Origin: Klebsormidium nitens
Lineage: Eukaryota > Plantae > Klebsormidiophyceae
NCBI GenBank assembly: GCA_000708835.1
Contig: DF237156.1
Location: 80,075-144,074, forward strand
Direction of reading: 5' to 3'
DNA length: 64,000 nucleotides
Part shown: piece after piece, positions 36,801 to 49,948 of the stretch
How positions within the stretch are numbered: position 1 is the first letter of the stretch
Layout of the letters: each line of letters begins with the position of its first letter
Made by a program: the position numbers and the translations under genes
The notes under the pieces: generated by a model
Told to the model about the DNA's origin: nothing
What the model saw: the letters and a program-made list of their open reading frames with translations, nothing else
Databases searched by the model: none

Positions 36801-39800
36801 CCGTCCCCATCATCGATGCCTTGAAACGTGGGTGTAGAGTTATCGAGCTTGACTGCTGGCCGGATGGAGACGACCAGATCAAAGTGGTGCACGGCATGTG
36901 AGGACTACCGCCTGCAACCTCTTTCCGTTAACACGGACCTTCTTGGAGCAATCGAGCGCTTGAAGAAGTTCTCACTTCCGACATCTTTTCAGACTGGAAG
37001 AGACGTTCCAGAAATTACTTTCAGAAATCAATCTTACACGCGCAGGCACCGATTTTCATGTTTCGTGGATTCGTCAGAGTTTTTGAATCATCACAGAGTT
37101 CTCCATCAGCGTGTCTCCTGTTTTCAGCTTCTGATTCATTGTCTTTGTCGCTTGGCATGCGCTCCGGCGGCAAGCTTTGACCGCGAAAGCAGCGGAAGAA
37201 ACGCGTGAGAATGAAGCACGTGAGGAAAAGAGCATTGCAGAAAGCTAGCTTACCAGACGCGCCCGGGGGGACTTTGCTGCGTCTGCTCTTTGCTACACTT
37301 GGTGTCGCTTCTTGGTCAGATCTTCGTCGAACATGCGTTCCCTTCTTTCGCCTCACTAGTTTGTACCTGATAAAACTTAGCTCAACAAGCGGCCCTGAAA
37401 AGAAGGGACAAAAGGTTGCAGCCAGTGAAAACTCAAGGATTCGATCCGCAACCTTTCCTTTCCGCAGTAGCCCCGCAAGGTTGACCCATCCCTCTTCGTC
37501 TCGATAATTTCTAGGGAGTTTTGGATCCGCCTTTCTATTCCGCTGCTCAAGATTCACATGAGTGAGAGCAGAATGAGTAAGGGTAAGTTGTGGTTCGGAT
37601 CTGACCTCTGGCCCCTCATCTTACCAATAACCGAGGAACTGTGACCCCGCTTCTAACCCCGCTTCTAACCCCGCTCTAACCCAGGACGCTGTGCAAGCCC
37701 GCTCCAGTTTTGGAGCTGCTCCACGCCATCAAAGAGTACGCCTTTGTGGCGTCGGACTTCCCGCTGATGCTGACGATCGAGAACCACCTGCCGGTGCCGC
37801 TGCAGAATCTGCTCGCCCAGGTTAGGACGCACGTACTGCACCGTTTTCAAAGTCCTCGTCACCAAATCCTGCTTCCAAGAAGGCGTGACTTAGCTCCATC
37901 TCAAATGGAGAGCTTGTTTCGAGTAATGTCGCTTTGGAGCCTTCTTGGAACCCGAATTCATGCGAAGCTGATATTTGATGACCAAGTTTGGCTACAAACC
38001 CTCAAGCAGGTTGTTAGGGGCAGCGTTATTCGCTCTTTCGGGAGGGACTACTGCTGGAATGGTTCAACGCACGTGGTTTGTCTGTTTGTCCATACTTGAG
38101 AACCGGCTTGCCAGTGTTGTCAAGAACTGGACAGACCGTCAGACGGACTCCCTGGACAGACTACTGCTTCGAAAGTCAGAACTTCTAGTCGCACCAGGCG
38201 GTTTGAGAGTGGAGTCTGTATTCCACAAATCCGAAGCCTATCTGGCACACATCTCCAAGACTTTGTTTCCCGCCAGCTGCACACGTGGCACTTAGCCGCG
38301 CGTTGAAGCGTGTGAGGCACAAGGGTTCTGCGCACCGCTCACCAGATGGGAAGAAGCACGAACAATCATGAGTGCGGCCGTGCTTGTTAGAACACCTAAA
38401 GCCGGATGAGGAGGAGCACGAGCAGTCGAAAGAGCTGCGACCTGGATGCGTGCTGACGCATAGAATGCCGCACTATATCTTCGAGCCCGCAAACCTTCAA
38501 CGGATCTGCTTTCTGTCTGCAGCATTTCAAAGACATCTTTGGCGAGCAATTGTTCACGAAGACGAGCGACGGCCCCCTCCTGTCGCCAAACGACCTCAAG
38601 CGACGGTTTCTCATCTCCACCAAGTCGACGAAAGAGACGGCGGAAGGCGTCAAAGGGGCCAAGAAGCCGCCCCCGGATCTCACCCCCGTGGCGGAGGGAG
38701 GGATCCCGGCAGAAGAACCGGAAGACGACATAAAGCGTGAGCGTTCCGTGCTTATAGCCGGTGCAACGCGGTGCTAAGAAGTCGGCTATAGGTCTGGGGA
38801 TTAACCTGAGCTTAAGCAACCTGTCCAGAATAACAGGGCCTTTGCGGTATGAGATAGCGTTGGGTTTTCCTGTTTATGGCGTATTCCAAAGAGCAGAGGT
38901 TTTCGGAAGAGGGCTGCAGATAGGCTCAAATTTGGCGCTACCAGCAGTTTCTGGCGCCAAAGTCTCGCTGTAATGGTTGTTAAGGAGACGGGGCTTTCAT
39001 CAGCTCTGTTTGATTCTCTGAGTACAGACACCAAACACTTCTCAGATGCCGCTCTGCCCTTGTACAGGGACGGGGCAAGGACCAGAGGCAGCGTCCAACG
39101 GACACGAAACCGCTGGGAGCAATCCAGGTGCGCTCGCTTACCCTCCATCCAGCCGGTTGTTAGAGTCTGCCAACGTATACCTTCCGTGTGTCTCGACAGC
39201 GGTAGTCAGAGGTGAATCCGTTATACGGATTGTGTGTGCCAACGTGAGGTTCTCGAGCCGCATGATTCGTCTGGAAACACCAGGCAAGAAATCCTTCTGG
39301 GGGCTTCGTGGCAAGGAAAGACTTAGCTCAATTTCCTGTCGAGCATTCGCTTTCCAGGACTCCGTGTGTGGGTCCCGTCTTGAAAGTTGTCGCTGGACAT
39401 TCGCTTTCTTCGAACACCAATATTGTAGTCTTGCACTGGGTGCTCCTGCCAACTTTCAATCAGGAGACGACTCCCTCCGTAATTAGGGAATCGAGACCTT
39501 ACAGTGAACTAGCACTTAGAGCTGGGAGGTCGAGGTTTCTGATCTGTCATTGCTGGTCCCCCGATTACCCTGCCAACTCCCGCAGTCGTTGACCGCATAG
39601 AGCCTCTCGAGCTAGCCACCGAAACGTTTATTGCCTTACCCAACTTGTACACCAACCTGTACACCAAACGCAACCAACTTGTAAACCAGCTCGTAACCCC
39701 TTACAGGATCCAAGCGGCCCTCTCTTGCCGAGGTCGACGCCGAGGCCGTCGTTGCTGACGTGGCAACCCCGAGCGACGCCGCTGAGTTCGACAAGAGCCT

Positions 39801-42800
39801 CTCATCGCTTATCTACATCCCCACTTTAAAAAGCAAGCTCGTGGGCACGCCGGCGAGTGAGCGGAAGGCGATACGCGCCAGCTTCAGCGAGCCGCAGTTC
39901 GACGAAGTGGCGGAAAAGGACCCCCTTGTCCTGACCAAGTGAGGGATCCCTCTTGCCAATTGTTTCTTTGGGGGGCCGTTGGACCCTGCCTACCCCCCCC
40001 GGGTTTTGGCAGGGTTGGACTGTGTCCATTTTGTCACTCATGAGAGTTATAGAAGTCGAGGACGTCTTGAAAAGGTACTTAAACCTTTTCATTCGTCGCA
40101 TGCCGTCAGGCGGACGCCTTCTTATGGTGAATAACATGGGACATTTGTTTTCTACTCGTTTAAGTCTGGCTGTGCCGTGCTTGTCGAATCTGCAGCCGCC
40201 TCTTTTTGCTTGGCATTCTCGTGGTCTCAGGTTGTCGATTCGAGGCCTTAGGTCAGGTCCAGGACTTGTTTTACGTGTCTGTCTCCGTGTGAATCTTGCT
40301 TCGTCAACCTGTCTGTCTGCTGATAGCTGGTCGAGGCTCCAAAAACGAAGCAGGCTTTAGAGTTCCGAGATAGTCTAGTTCATAAGGTCAGCGCGGATAC
40401 AAGAGCTGATCAATATAGACTGTGAACCATCAGGCAGACTATATTCGGTTCATGATTCCAACCAGACGTCGCAATCTGCTGCCAAACATAGCCATGTGGT
40501 ACTCTTGCTCAGTGTTACACTGAACAGCCAGCCTGAATGCCAGCACTGTTTGGCTGGTCCGGATGAACCAATCATTACCCTGACCAGCTGAGATCAAAAC
40601 AACGAGAAAAGAACCACTGTTGACCATCGCACGATCTGCTAACGTCTTCTTATGGCGTAACAAAGCGCAAGGGCTTCCGCTCTAATCTACCAAAGAAGGT
40701 CTGAAGCACCCTTGCGAAGCAACGGACGTAGACAGCTTTCAATATTGCTTTCGAGCCGACCTCTTCAACAGTCCGGTGTGATCCAAGCAAATCTTTGCGA
40801 AGTACCCGCTGTGCCGCTGATCCGCTCTATCTTCCCCGGCAGGTTCTCCCAGCACAACATGGTTCGGGTGTACCCTTACGGCCTCCGCTTCGATTCATCG
40901 AACCTGGACCCTGTCAAGGTGTGGTGCCACGGGGGCCAGCTGGCAGCCATGAACATGCAGGTACGAATTTCCACCGACCCTCACATATTTCTCTCCGAAA
41001 TATTCGAAGCTTTACGTTTGGTCGTGAAGGACCGCGCCATTCTGGAAGCGGAAGTGGATGTTATGCGGGGATATCGGGTGCCACGAGGGAGCGCCATGAA
41101 CTTGCAGGTAATCAATTTCTCCCGATGTAAGGCTCCGTTTCTTTCAGAAGTTTCCGTACTCCTTGGTTTGGTTTTTTAGCACCGCGGACTTGTGGAAGCG
41201 TTACACCTAGCGGGAAGGTCGGGCGCCCCGGCGGGCCATATGGCAGCTCTGCACATGCAGATATAAAGAGCCCTTTATATTCGGAATCCTTCTTCTCAAA
41301 CCTCTACTTTAGAAATTAGTACGTACTCCTGCAAACGATTATGTGGATTTTGTCGAGTATCACAGAGGGCTGAAAGCACTCCCTTCAAAGCACCAGCCAC
41401 TTAAAATTGTCAAACCGACTCCCGATCTTTGTCGCTTTGCAGGGATACGGCCGTAATCTGTGGCTCGCCCACGGTTTCTTTCTTGCAAACGGGGGGTGCG
41501 GTTACGTCCGGAAACCAGAGTTCTTCTACCCCCCTTCCACTGAAATTGCCGCTAACGGCACTCCAGTGGAAGCTGTCTTCAATCCTAGGCAAACTACGCC
41601 CGTGAGAACAACGCTAAAGGTAAGATGGATAGAAGGCGGGGGTCGTCGATGTCTTGACAGACAATCAGTCAATGTGGTCAGACGTGCTTGCCACTCCCTA
41701 ACCGAAAGAAGGGTCTGCTTGGAATCCTTCGTTGCGTCGTTGCGAACGCTTCACGACATCCGCTGCGGTCGTGTCAAAAGCTCAGACAAATACTGAAGCG
41801 CACGTTGCAGGCACAGCAGATTTCTGGTTCTACTGAGGCTATAGTCAAGCGCTCGTTGCAGACTCCGCTTTTAGGGCCGTGCTATCGCCCTAGCTGCGCT
41901 TGCGGTTTCCTGGCGTTCGATCGTCCGGGGGGCGTGCCAGATGCTCAACAAGGTTGCGCGGGCGAGAATCGGTCAGCAGAGTTCTTGTCACAATTGATGC
42001 TAACCAGACGCCTTGTTGCTGCAGATTCGAATCCTCTGGGGATGCGATACGCATAAGCGCTTCGACGCCATGAGCCTGCCGGACTTCTTTGTGCGGGTGA
42101 GTGCCTTGCAATTGCGAAAAGCATTTCTGTGGCTCTCCAAATCGTCGAAAGTGCCGGGCTCAGCCCTGCGCCAATATCTGCAATGTTTTTGGTTATGCGT
42201 GTTGGCCAGACACTTAGAAAAAGAGAGAATCTTCTCCGAAGGAAATAAAACACGCGGTTATTGCCGCCTCTCCCGCTGCTCGAAGTATAGGCTCGGACAA
42301 CGACCGTTGGCAGGGAATACTTGCTAGTAAGTTGCGGGAAGGCTTACCAGTCTAGGACACGCTCTCGAGATGCGTGCGTGATAAGTGCATGAAGTGGTGT
42401 GCAGGTATGACGTCATTGGAATATTCTGCTTCGCTTAGACACGTTCCTCGGTCTTTTTCCCACGACACCTTGGCACCTTTGTTTGGGCTCAACAGTCATT
42501 TGTTCATCGCATTCGCCCACTAGCACTCTCCGAAGTATCTTTGTACAATCTATCAGCTGCAGTCCTAAGACGCGCCTTTTGTGGCAGGTCGCGTTGTGCG
42601 GCGTTTTTGTAAGATTCTGAAACCCTAGAATAAGAAGTGCCATCCATCGCAGGTTGCGGTGTGCGGCGTCCCGGTGGACACCAAAAAGTCCCACACGAAG
42701 GTGCACCGCAACACGAACCACCCGATCTGGGAGAACGAGCTGTTTGAGTTCCCGTTGACGGCCCCCGAATTAGCGATCCTTGCCCTCGAGGTGAGCGCTT

Positions 42801-44215
42801 CACAACCAAGTCTTCTGGTGTCTGCTCTGGGATCTGCGTTGCTAGGCGTATATTTGAGAGCATTTTTTTTATACAAGTGATCCGGAGCTGTTTTTGGATC
42901 CTTCGGACGGCACAAGAAGCTGGCGCTCCGCGCACTCGAGGTGAGCGCTCCTGTTCGAAGCTCGTCTTTTGGTGTCTGCTCTGGATTTTGCTTCGACCTG
43001 CATGTACATGTTCTTTTGTCTAGGTCTCTCGAGCTGTTTAGGGGTCCGTTTTTGACACTCAAGGTAAGCCCTCCGTTCCAAGTCTCTTCTTTTGGTGGTT
43101 GCTTGAGACTATGCCTCGCCAGGCGTGCTTTTGACGGCTTTCTTTCTTTGTTTATTCCAAATCTTGGAAGCTGTTTGGGATCTATCTGGCGGCACCGAAG
43201 CGCTTCTCGCACTTGAGGTGAGAGCTCTCTCACGTCTTGCCTGCTGGTGTCTGCTCAGTACTCCGACTCGCCAGGCTTTTTTTGTCCCTATTATCCCGAA
43301 ACTGTATCAGGTCCTCTCTTATGGCACCGAAGCTTGCCACTCCGGCGCTCGCCGTTAGCGCTATGTTCCATGTCCTTTTATCGGTCCAGTTCCGATCGCT
43401 CCTCAGCAAATAGAGCGTGGGAGCTTAGTCGATTTAAGTGCTCAAGCTACTCAACTTCGCTTGACGGCACCGGCCATGGCGCTGCTTGCGTTCAAAATTA
43501 GCGCTGTGTTCCTAACTTCTGTAATGGGTGTGTCCCGAGATTTGCCGTCGGTTAAGCGTGACTTTGGATTTTTTAGGAGGCTTCTTCAGTCGAAAGCCCG
43601 TGTTTTTCCTTGACGGCACTGGGCTGGAGCTTCTTGAACAGGGGTTTAAGCGCTGCATTGCTGCGTAGAGTCTTCCGTGTACGTCCGTTAAGAGATTTAA
43701 CTCATAAGCTTACATTTCGCTTAGAGAGTTCTCTTTGTCGAAGCGGCCGGTTGAACAGGACCTTGCTCGTAGTGCCCAATGTGAGAGGATTGTGTGAGAT
43801 AGCGTTAGCAAAGTAAAGTGAAGAGGCGCTAATCTTCTACTCGGACCGTAGCCGTACGATCTGGGAGGTTTTATTCAACATTGAATGCAACTTTCAAAGC
43901 TTGTCGGAACTGGCGTATAGAACGGGCCAGGTATCCAAAGCAAAGCTCCACGCAGTTGCTAGGGTCCGAGTCCGAGCTTGCAAACCTTTGAGCCAAGTCG
44001 AAGCTCAGCGCTGCAAGCGTCAAACGTCCTTCCATGCCCTCGTGCAGGTCCGTGAATCGGACACGTTGCAGCGCGACGACTTTGCTTGTCAAGTTTGCAT
44101 ACCCGTCGCTGAGATGCGTACGGGGATCCGTTCTGTAGCGATGAAGGATGCGAAAGGCAACGTCATCCCTGATGGCCAGGCGAAGTTGTTGGTCCACGTA
44201 GAGCTCTCCGCTTAG
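33828..44215 (+). CDS. PLC: Phosphoinositide-specific phospholipase C (plant type: EF-hand-like, X, Y, C2; no PH domain), 587 aa
   Basis: Twelve phase-consistent exons: 33828-33977, 34928-35092, 35672-35710, 36743-36897, 37685-37820, 38523-38736, 39707-39938, 40843-40960, 41443-41619, 42025-42096, 42653-42790, 44048-44215. Motifs [70 protein letters not shown] and C2 PDFFVR..PIWENE..DDFACQ. Confidence 0.96.
42880..43350 (+). repeat. Three to four degenerate tandem copies of the PLC exon 11 donor boundary
   Basis: True site gccctcgag|gtgagcgct...tggtgtctgctctgg recurs as gcactcgaggtgagcgct (~42932), acactcaaggtaagccct (~43054) and gcacttgaggtgagagct (~43209). The ~42932 and ~43209 copies are followed by tggtgtctgctc; the ~43054 copy by tggtggttgc. 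Confidence 0.85.
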
Positions 44216-45739
44216 TAACCCTCAGTAGCTTTCTTGATTATCACTTTCCTGAGACTTGAGCTATGTCTGCTTATTATTTTACTATAAGTCTTGACACGAA
44301 GCAAGTCCGGAAAGCGGATGAGAGACCTTCAGTCTATCTACGTACAAGACTTGGCAGGAAATGGCTCGGTTTGATCTAAATGAGGGTTGACATTGTCTAG
44401 CGAACAGCCTAACGCAAGAGATCAAGTAAACAGGTTCAGCAGCCAGATTAGAAGTCAAACGTGTGCTCATGATCTCAGAAAGCGCGCACAACTGAATTGT
44501 TTAAAGGGCCGTTCCTCACTTGGCGACCATTGTGAGACGTCTGGTGAAAGGCCCGTTGCCACATTTATTCAGCTTTCGATTGATTGCAGCTTTTCCGGCA
44601 TGCATGTGATCTTAAGCTCAATGTCAATCACTGCTAACTTGAATATGACATTGAGATAGTGATCTGTAACTTAGTGTAGTGCCTTAAATGTCTCAGGCCT
44701 GCGATGGACAAGGCAGGCTACTTGCCATAAAGCTTGATGGCCATATAATCATCAACGATGTACTGCGCCCGAGCGGCGCGCGCGGCCGTGTTCAAAATCT
44801 GTGTATCATATATGCAATGCAGATCATAGCTCAGAGAACCTACTGCGCGCATCATACCGGTGCTCGCGTCGGGCACACACACGTCGATTTTAACTTCGCT
44901 ATGCTAGCTAGGCGCCAACGGGCACGACCTGGCCGGGCGCCGCGCGCCTTATGCATGACCATGGTGGCACTATATGGATCGCATGCATGCATTCATCACT
45001 CCTGCTATAAGATGAACCCGACCTAGTACCGTACTAAGTCCATCAATCACAAGTACACTTACCGGACGTACGTAGTGACAGAGCCAGACTCGATCGGCGA
45101 ATGATAGGTAGTGCATGGGCAGTACTGTATTGAATTCAGCTGTCGGATTGATGGGCTTCACAATGATGGCAGGCTTGCTACCATCATTGTGACCATGGCG
45201 CATACCAGTTATTCAGCTGTTGATGATCAGTCGAATGCCATCGGAATTTGTGAGTCAATGATTGGTCGGATTCAAATGAATGCTGGCGCGTCGGCCTATA
45301 CGTGACTCTATTAAACTTCATTCGAGGTATGTCTACATTATGGGTTTTTAGATGGAAGAAGCTCTATAATCAAGTTCATGGGTCCAGCTAGGTCACAAAG
45401 CCATGACAAAGCAGCGAAACCTTGTCCCGACCCGTTACGAAGATGGCCTACTACAGTAGTACTTGCTGAGTCCTGCCATGTCAACCAAGCTATGTACATG
45501 TGTCGACCTCGCTATGTACGTCCCACATCTAAATCTCCAGTGATTTCTCCCGAGTCCGTACTGAAGCCACAGCCCACAAAGATCAATACGTCTGTCCAAA
45601 CAAACCACGTCGCCTCTCTCTAGCAACCTGAGGAGGACAGTCTAAGCTCTGCACCCAAGGACCGGCGACCTAACCCAACACCGAGGCGCGAACCAAAACA
45701 CTTCAATATCGACACGTCCCCGTCGCTCAAGACCGTTAT

Positions 45740-47961
45740 TCAGGGCAAGTATTGCGAGGCGCAGCTCCGGCACGGCCTCTTCTCCTCCAATTCCGCTTCC
45801 GTTGGGGTCCCCTCCCGGATCGGAACGTCGGGCCCGGCCTTCGCCCGGCAGCAGCGGTCGGACACGTGGTAGCACCGGAGCATGTCAGTCCAGTAGACGA
45901 GCTCCCCGTTGGCCCTAGCGAGCGCTTGCTCCAGCTCACGCACATTTTCCTCCAAAGCGTCGTTGCCCTGGGTCAGCGTCTCCATCTGCTCCTTGAGCTC
46001 CGCCTTCTCTTGGGTCAGGTCTGCGACCTTGCGCTTGAGCGCATCCACAGTGGCGGCGTTCTCCTTGGTCTTGGTCAGAGAAAGCTGCTCCAGGTGCTGA
46101 ATCGCTTCGGTGAGGCGGTCGAAAGCGGCAGCATATTCCGGCCCCAGGGTCGGGCCGGCAGAACTCGAAGGGCCCCCAGTCTCGTAGGCTGACCCCTGCA
46201 GGAGAAGAGCAACGCTGAATCGCTTCACTAAAAATGTAAACCTAAGAGGGTTCGACTCAGAAGGACTGAAACTACGGAAAAATCAAAGCCAGCTTCTGCT
46301 TTATGTTAACTGTACTTTGGTTAGCATACTTTCAGAGGACTGGACAAGGGTTAAACTTCCAGAGCAAGGGCAGAAGGTCAGCAGGATCTGACACTCTGGT
46401 GTTGATCCCCCTAGCAATCATGGGCACTGAGTTTGAGAAGGGAGTCTTTGAGCGAAGTGCACAGAATCCGATCTGCCTAAGGACAAAGACATCCAAGGAT
46501 TGCAAAGATTCCGGAGGGGGTCGAACACCTCGAGCTGCTGAAGTACACTAGCTTCTATACATTGACAGTGTTTTCTGAACAGGATCCTTCATCGCAAAGG
46601 ACATAGCTTCGTTCTTGGTGTAAGGTCAAGACTTATACAGTACATACGAGAGACATAAACATCTCGGACAAGACAAAGCTCAGGTCCAAGATATGCTCAA
46701 AGAAAAGTTCATTGTTCACGCTGGCCACTATGGCAGAGTCTTCTGGTAACAGATTCAAGGCGGGTCTGAGGGACCAGTCCTGTCAGGGTAGTTGGGCGTC
46801 CAAATAGCTCATCACAGCAGGAAGATTGAAACGGGTGGAAAGACTAAAAAAGCTATGCCCAAAAGGTGGCAAAGATTCAGACACCTTTCTCCACCCCTGG
46901 ATCAGAGAAACAGCGAATAGCGTGAACGTGTGACCAGTTTTGCACTTTCAGGGAGGTGTGACGTCGTGGTAAGTCTAATTTCTTGACAAAGGGCCCCCCA
47001 ATTCTTGGGAAACCTTCCACCAGCCCTTCTGCAGTGGTTTTGATTTCTGTTAACAGTTTGCAGTGGTTCCCATACAAGATTGCTGTCAGAAGCACTGAGC
47101 GTCCTGATGTGACATAAAAGTGATGAAGGTCTCAGTTCTGAAAACAAGTTTCTCAATCTCCTCAAAACTTGTCTCTTCTTTACTTTTCAAAAGTTATCTC
47201 TACAGTGCACTGAATCAAAGTGACCAGGAGACTTGTCATGCTTTCGAAGCAGATAAGAAGCTAGTACGCTGTCCCAAATTGTCACCCAACTTCTCTTCAT
47301 GATCCATAGCCCTGAAGCTCTGTCCTTTTTTACCCCCCAGATTCTGGGAGCCAAGGAAAGGAAGTCCCACTCAAGGAAAGCCTAAGGCACATAGATAACG
47401 AGAAGGAAACAAAATATGAAACCGAATGCCTTACCCTAGCAGCTGGCGGAGAAGGCGTGGCCCCTTGAGCAGGATGGGTCGGGGGTGTCTCTTCTGCTCC
47501 CTCTGCAGAAAAAAAGAGGATATTTGGCATTCAAAACAAGGTAAATGTTAGGAAACCAAAGATAGTTTCTTAAGTAGGAATTTTGCCCCTGCAGAACTTC
47601 AGAACTCTCAAGAGCGTGTGTAAAAACAACCCTCTTTTGACCGACTTTTAGCTGTTGTGACCCCCTTTCCCTGAGCCCATGTCTGCCAAAACTGAAAGAT
47701 GATGAAGCAAGATCGTTCCTGACCTTTTTGCAGAGCCCAGGTTTTCCCACTCCGTTTTCAGAAGTGAGAGAAGAAGTACGTGGGACAGCTGGAGACACGA
47801 AAGATCAAGGAAGGAAAACAATCAATCTCGAGTTGAGTTGACTCAAACTTCACCAAAGACTCACCTCCGTTTACCCTGGTCGGACTCTGCTGGCCCTTCT
47901 TCTCTTCCTTCTCCTTTCCCTTGCCAGCAGAGGAGTCCTCAGGAGACTTCTTCTCAGACAT
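45740..47961 (-). CDS. Coiled-coil protein with C-terminal Ada-like metal-binding domain, copy Z1, 206 aa
   Basis: Exons 47961-47865, 47502-47435, 46195-45740 (621 nt, phases match). Charged low-complexity N-terminus, heptad region VDALKRKVADLTQEKAELKEQMETLTQGNDALEENVRELEQAL, then VYWTDMLRCYHVSDRC..IREGTPTEAELEEKRPCRSC. Confidence 0.75.
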
Positions 47962-49948
47962 GATGGCGCTTGGGAGGAAGAGGCGCTTGCAAATTGGTCT
48001 GAAGGGACGCCTTAAGAGGACCTGGTAAGTGAAGAGTTTGGAGGATCGCGTGGAATGAAGAGTAAAAGCTGGTGGGTTCAGGCTTTCCTTCCAAAAAAGA
48101 GGGAACTGCAATTACCGGGTGCTTCGACATCAAGGTAGACATTTCATCACAGTGGAACCTGGATTAAGAAGATTCCAACGACCGAGGTCGACTTTTGGGA
48201 AAGGGTCACCGGCTTTGAAGACCCGGCCTCGATCCGTAGAAGAAATCCTACTACCCTTTGTGAGCCGCCTCCAGCCGGCTCCTCAGCTCTTCCGGTTGCT
48301 TCCCCACTCAACCGGGGCATAAAAGCTCATGAGAGGCTTCAATCAGATTTGCAATGTGCTGTGCGCTTTCGAAATGGGATGAACAAGCGGACCCAACGGA
48401 CTTACCGTTGTTTTGCGGTCCAAAGTTCATCCTCTTTGCGTTCCCTCGAGAACTTGTCACATCAAGACAGGGCGGTCTAAATAGGTCTGGAACACAATCC
48501 ACGATCTGAACCGTTGATGGAACCTTGAAGACCGCTGCAAGGTTTTCGAACCATACGATATGTAGAATAGAACGTTCTAGGCGCATCTTCAAGAATCTCG
48601 TACGTAGCATTTCGCTGCAGTTCATCTGGAGTCTGCCTCAGCTTTTCACTCGGAGCCGCCAAGGTTAAGAGCGGCGATATTTGTTTGAGGTGGTCACATC
48701 AATCAAACCCCCGCCAGGGTGAGCGTCCTGGATGACGTCACAGTCTCCTTGCACGTCCCATCAGGCTTCGACGGCAACCGTCTTCGGTCGAACCCTGCGG
48801 CCATACACCACACCTCTCAGAAGTACGGTTCCTTCACTTTGAATTCAGAAGCTGACGGAAAGCTACGACTTTACCCGCTTTGAAAGTACACGTCATCAGC
48901 TCGACCTGGCACCCGCTGTCCTGTCCACATATTTCGGGTATCCCTTCTATGCGCCCAATTTGCGCGCGCATACTACCGATCAGAGTGGCAAATGGCAAAA
49001 AGCTTGCCCGAGGTTTGCGCTCCAAATTTTCGTCGGATGGATGCAGAAACAGAAACGATTTGTAACGGTGCAGTAACTACATGCAAGCTGAGCTCAAAAT
49101 GAAAGTGGCAAGAGCTCCGATATGCTTGATCCACGTGACGTCAGCACTGTCCCTACGGTCCACCGGTCACGTCAAGCAACAGGGGCTACTACGTCGTTTT
49201 GGCACCTGGAAAATTGCTCCTACGAGTTTGGAAGAGGTTGCTGTGGCAGATCTCTGACATGGGCTCTGGTCGAGAACACATATATCAACACGTCAATTAC
49301 ATCAAATACAACAATACATACATACGAAGTTTGAGTCTCGACAGAAGACTTCTCTTCCCAACGTGGGAGGATTGTGTCATTGAATATTCATCTCCAAATC
49401 TGTGCCGTGCACGAAGAGTATCCTGGTGTTCATCTGCATCCGCACAACAAAAGATAGGAGTTTTGGCAAGATAGTGACTTTATTGCGCATACTATTTCTG
49501 AGCCCTTCTAACGACTACGAACAGGATGCACTGCTTCGCTGGGGTCCAATATTGTATCTGAATCAGCTGACCAACTGATTATTTGGTCGCAAGGCTTCAT
49601 TTTGGAACCTAGTAGCGGCCTGGTAAGGCACTCCTGTCAACGTTTGAAGCCCATGTAGACCAGATACCTTGTAAAGGTCAGCTTAACGAGTCTAGCACGC
49701 AAAAATAAGTAACTTGAATGGTGATCGAGTCGTTTTCGGCGGCTGGCTGATCAAGCTCGAGCTTTCAAGAAAGCTCAAAGCTTACAGCTCAAAGCTTACA
49801 TCAAATCTAACTGAATCAGAAGCAAATAACAAAAAACTGCTTTGGGCTATCTCGACTGCGTAGCCTGCCCCTATATATGCAGCTTCTGGTGCGAAACTTG
49901 GTGGCAAGATCCTCGAGCTCCGCGGACCCATCCCTCAATGGTTGCATT

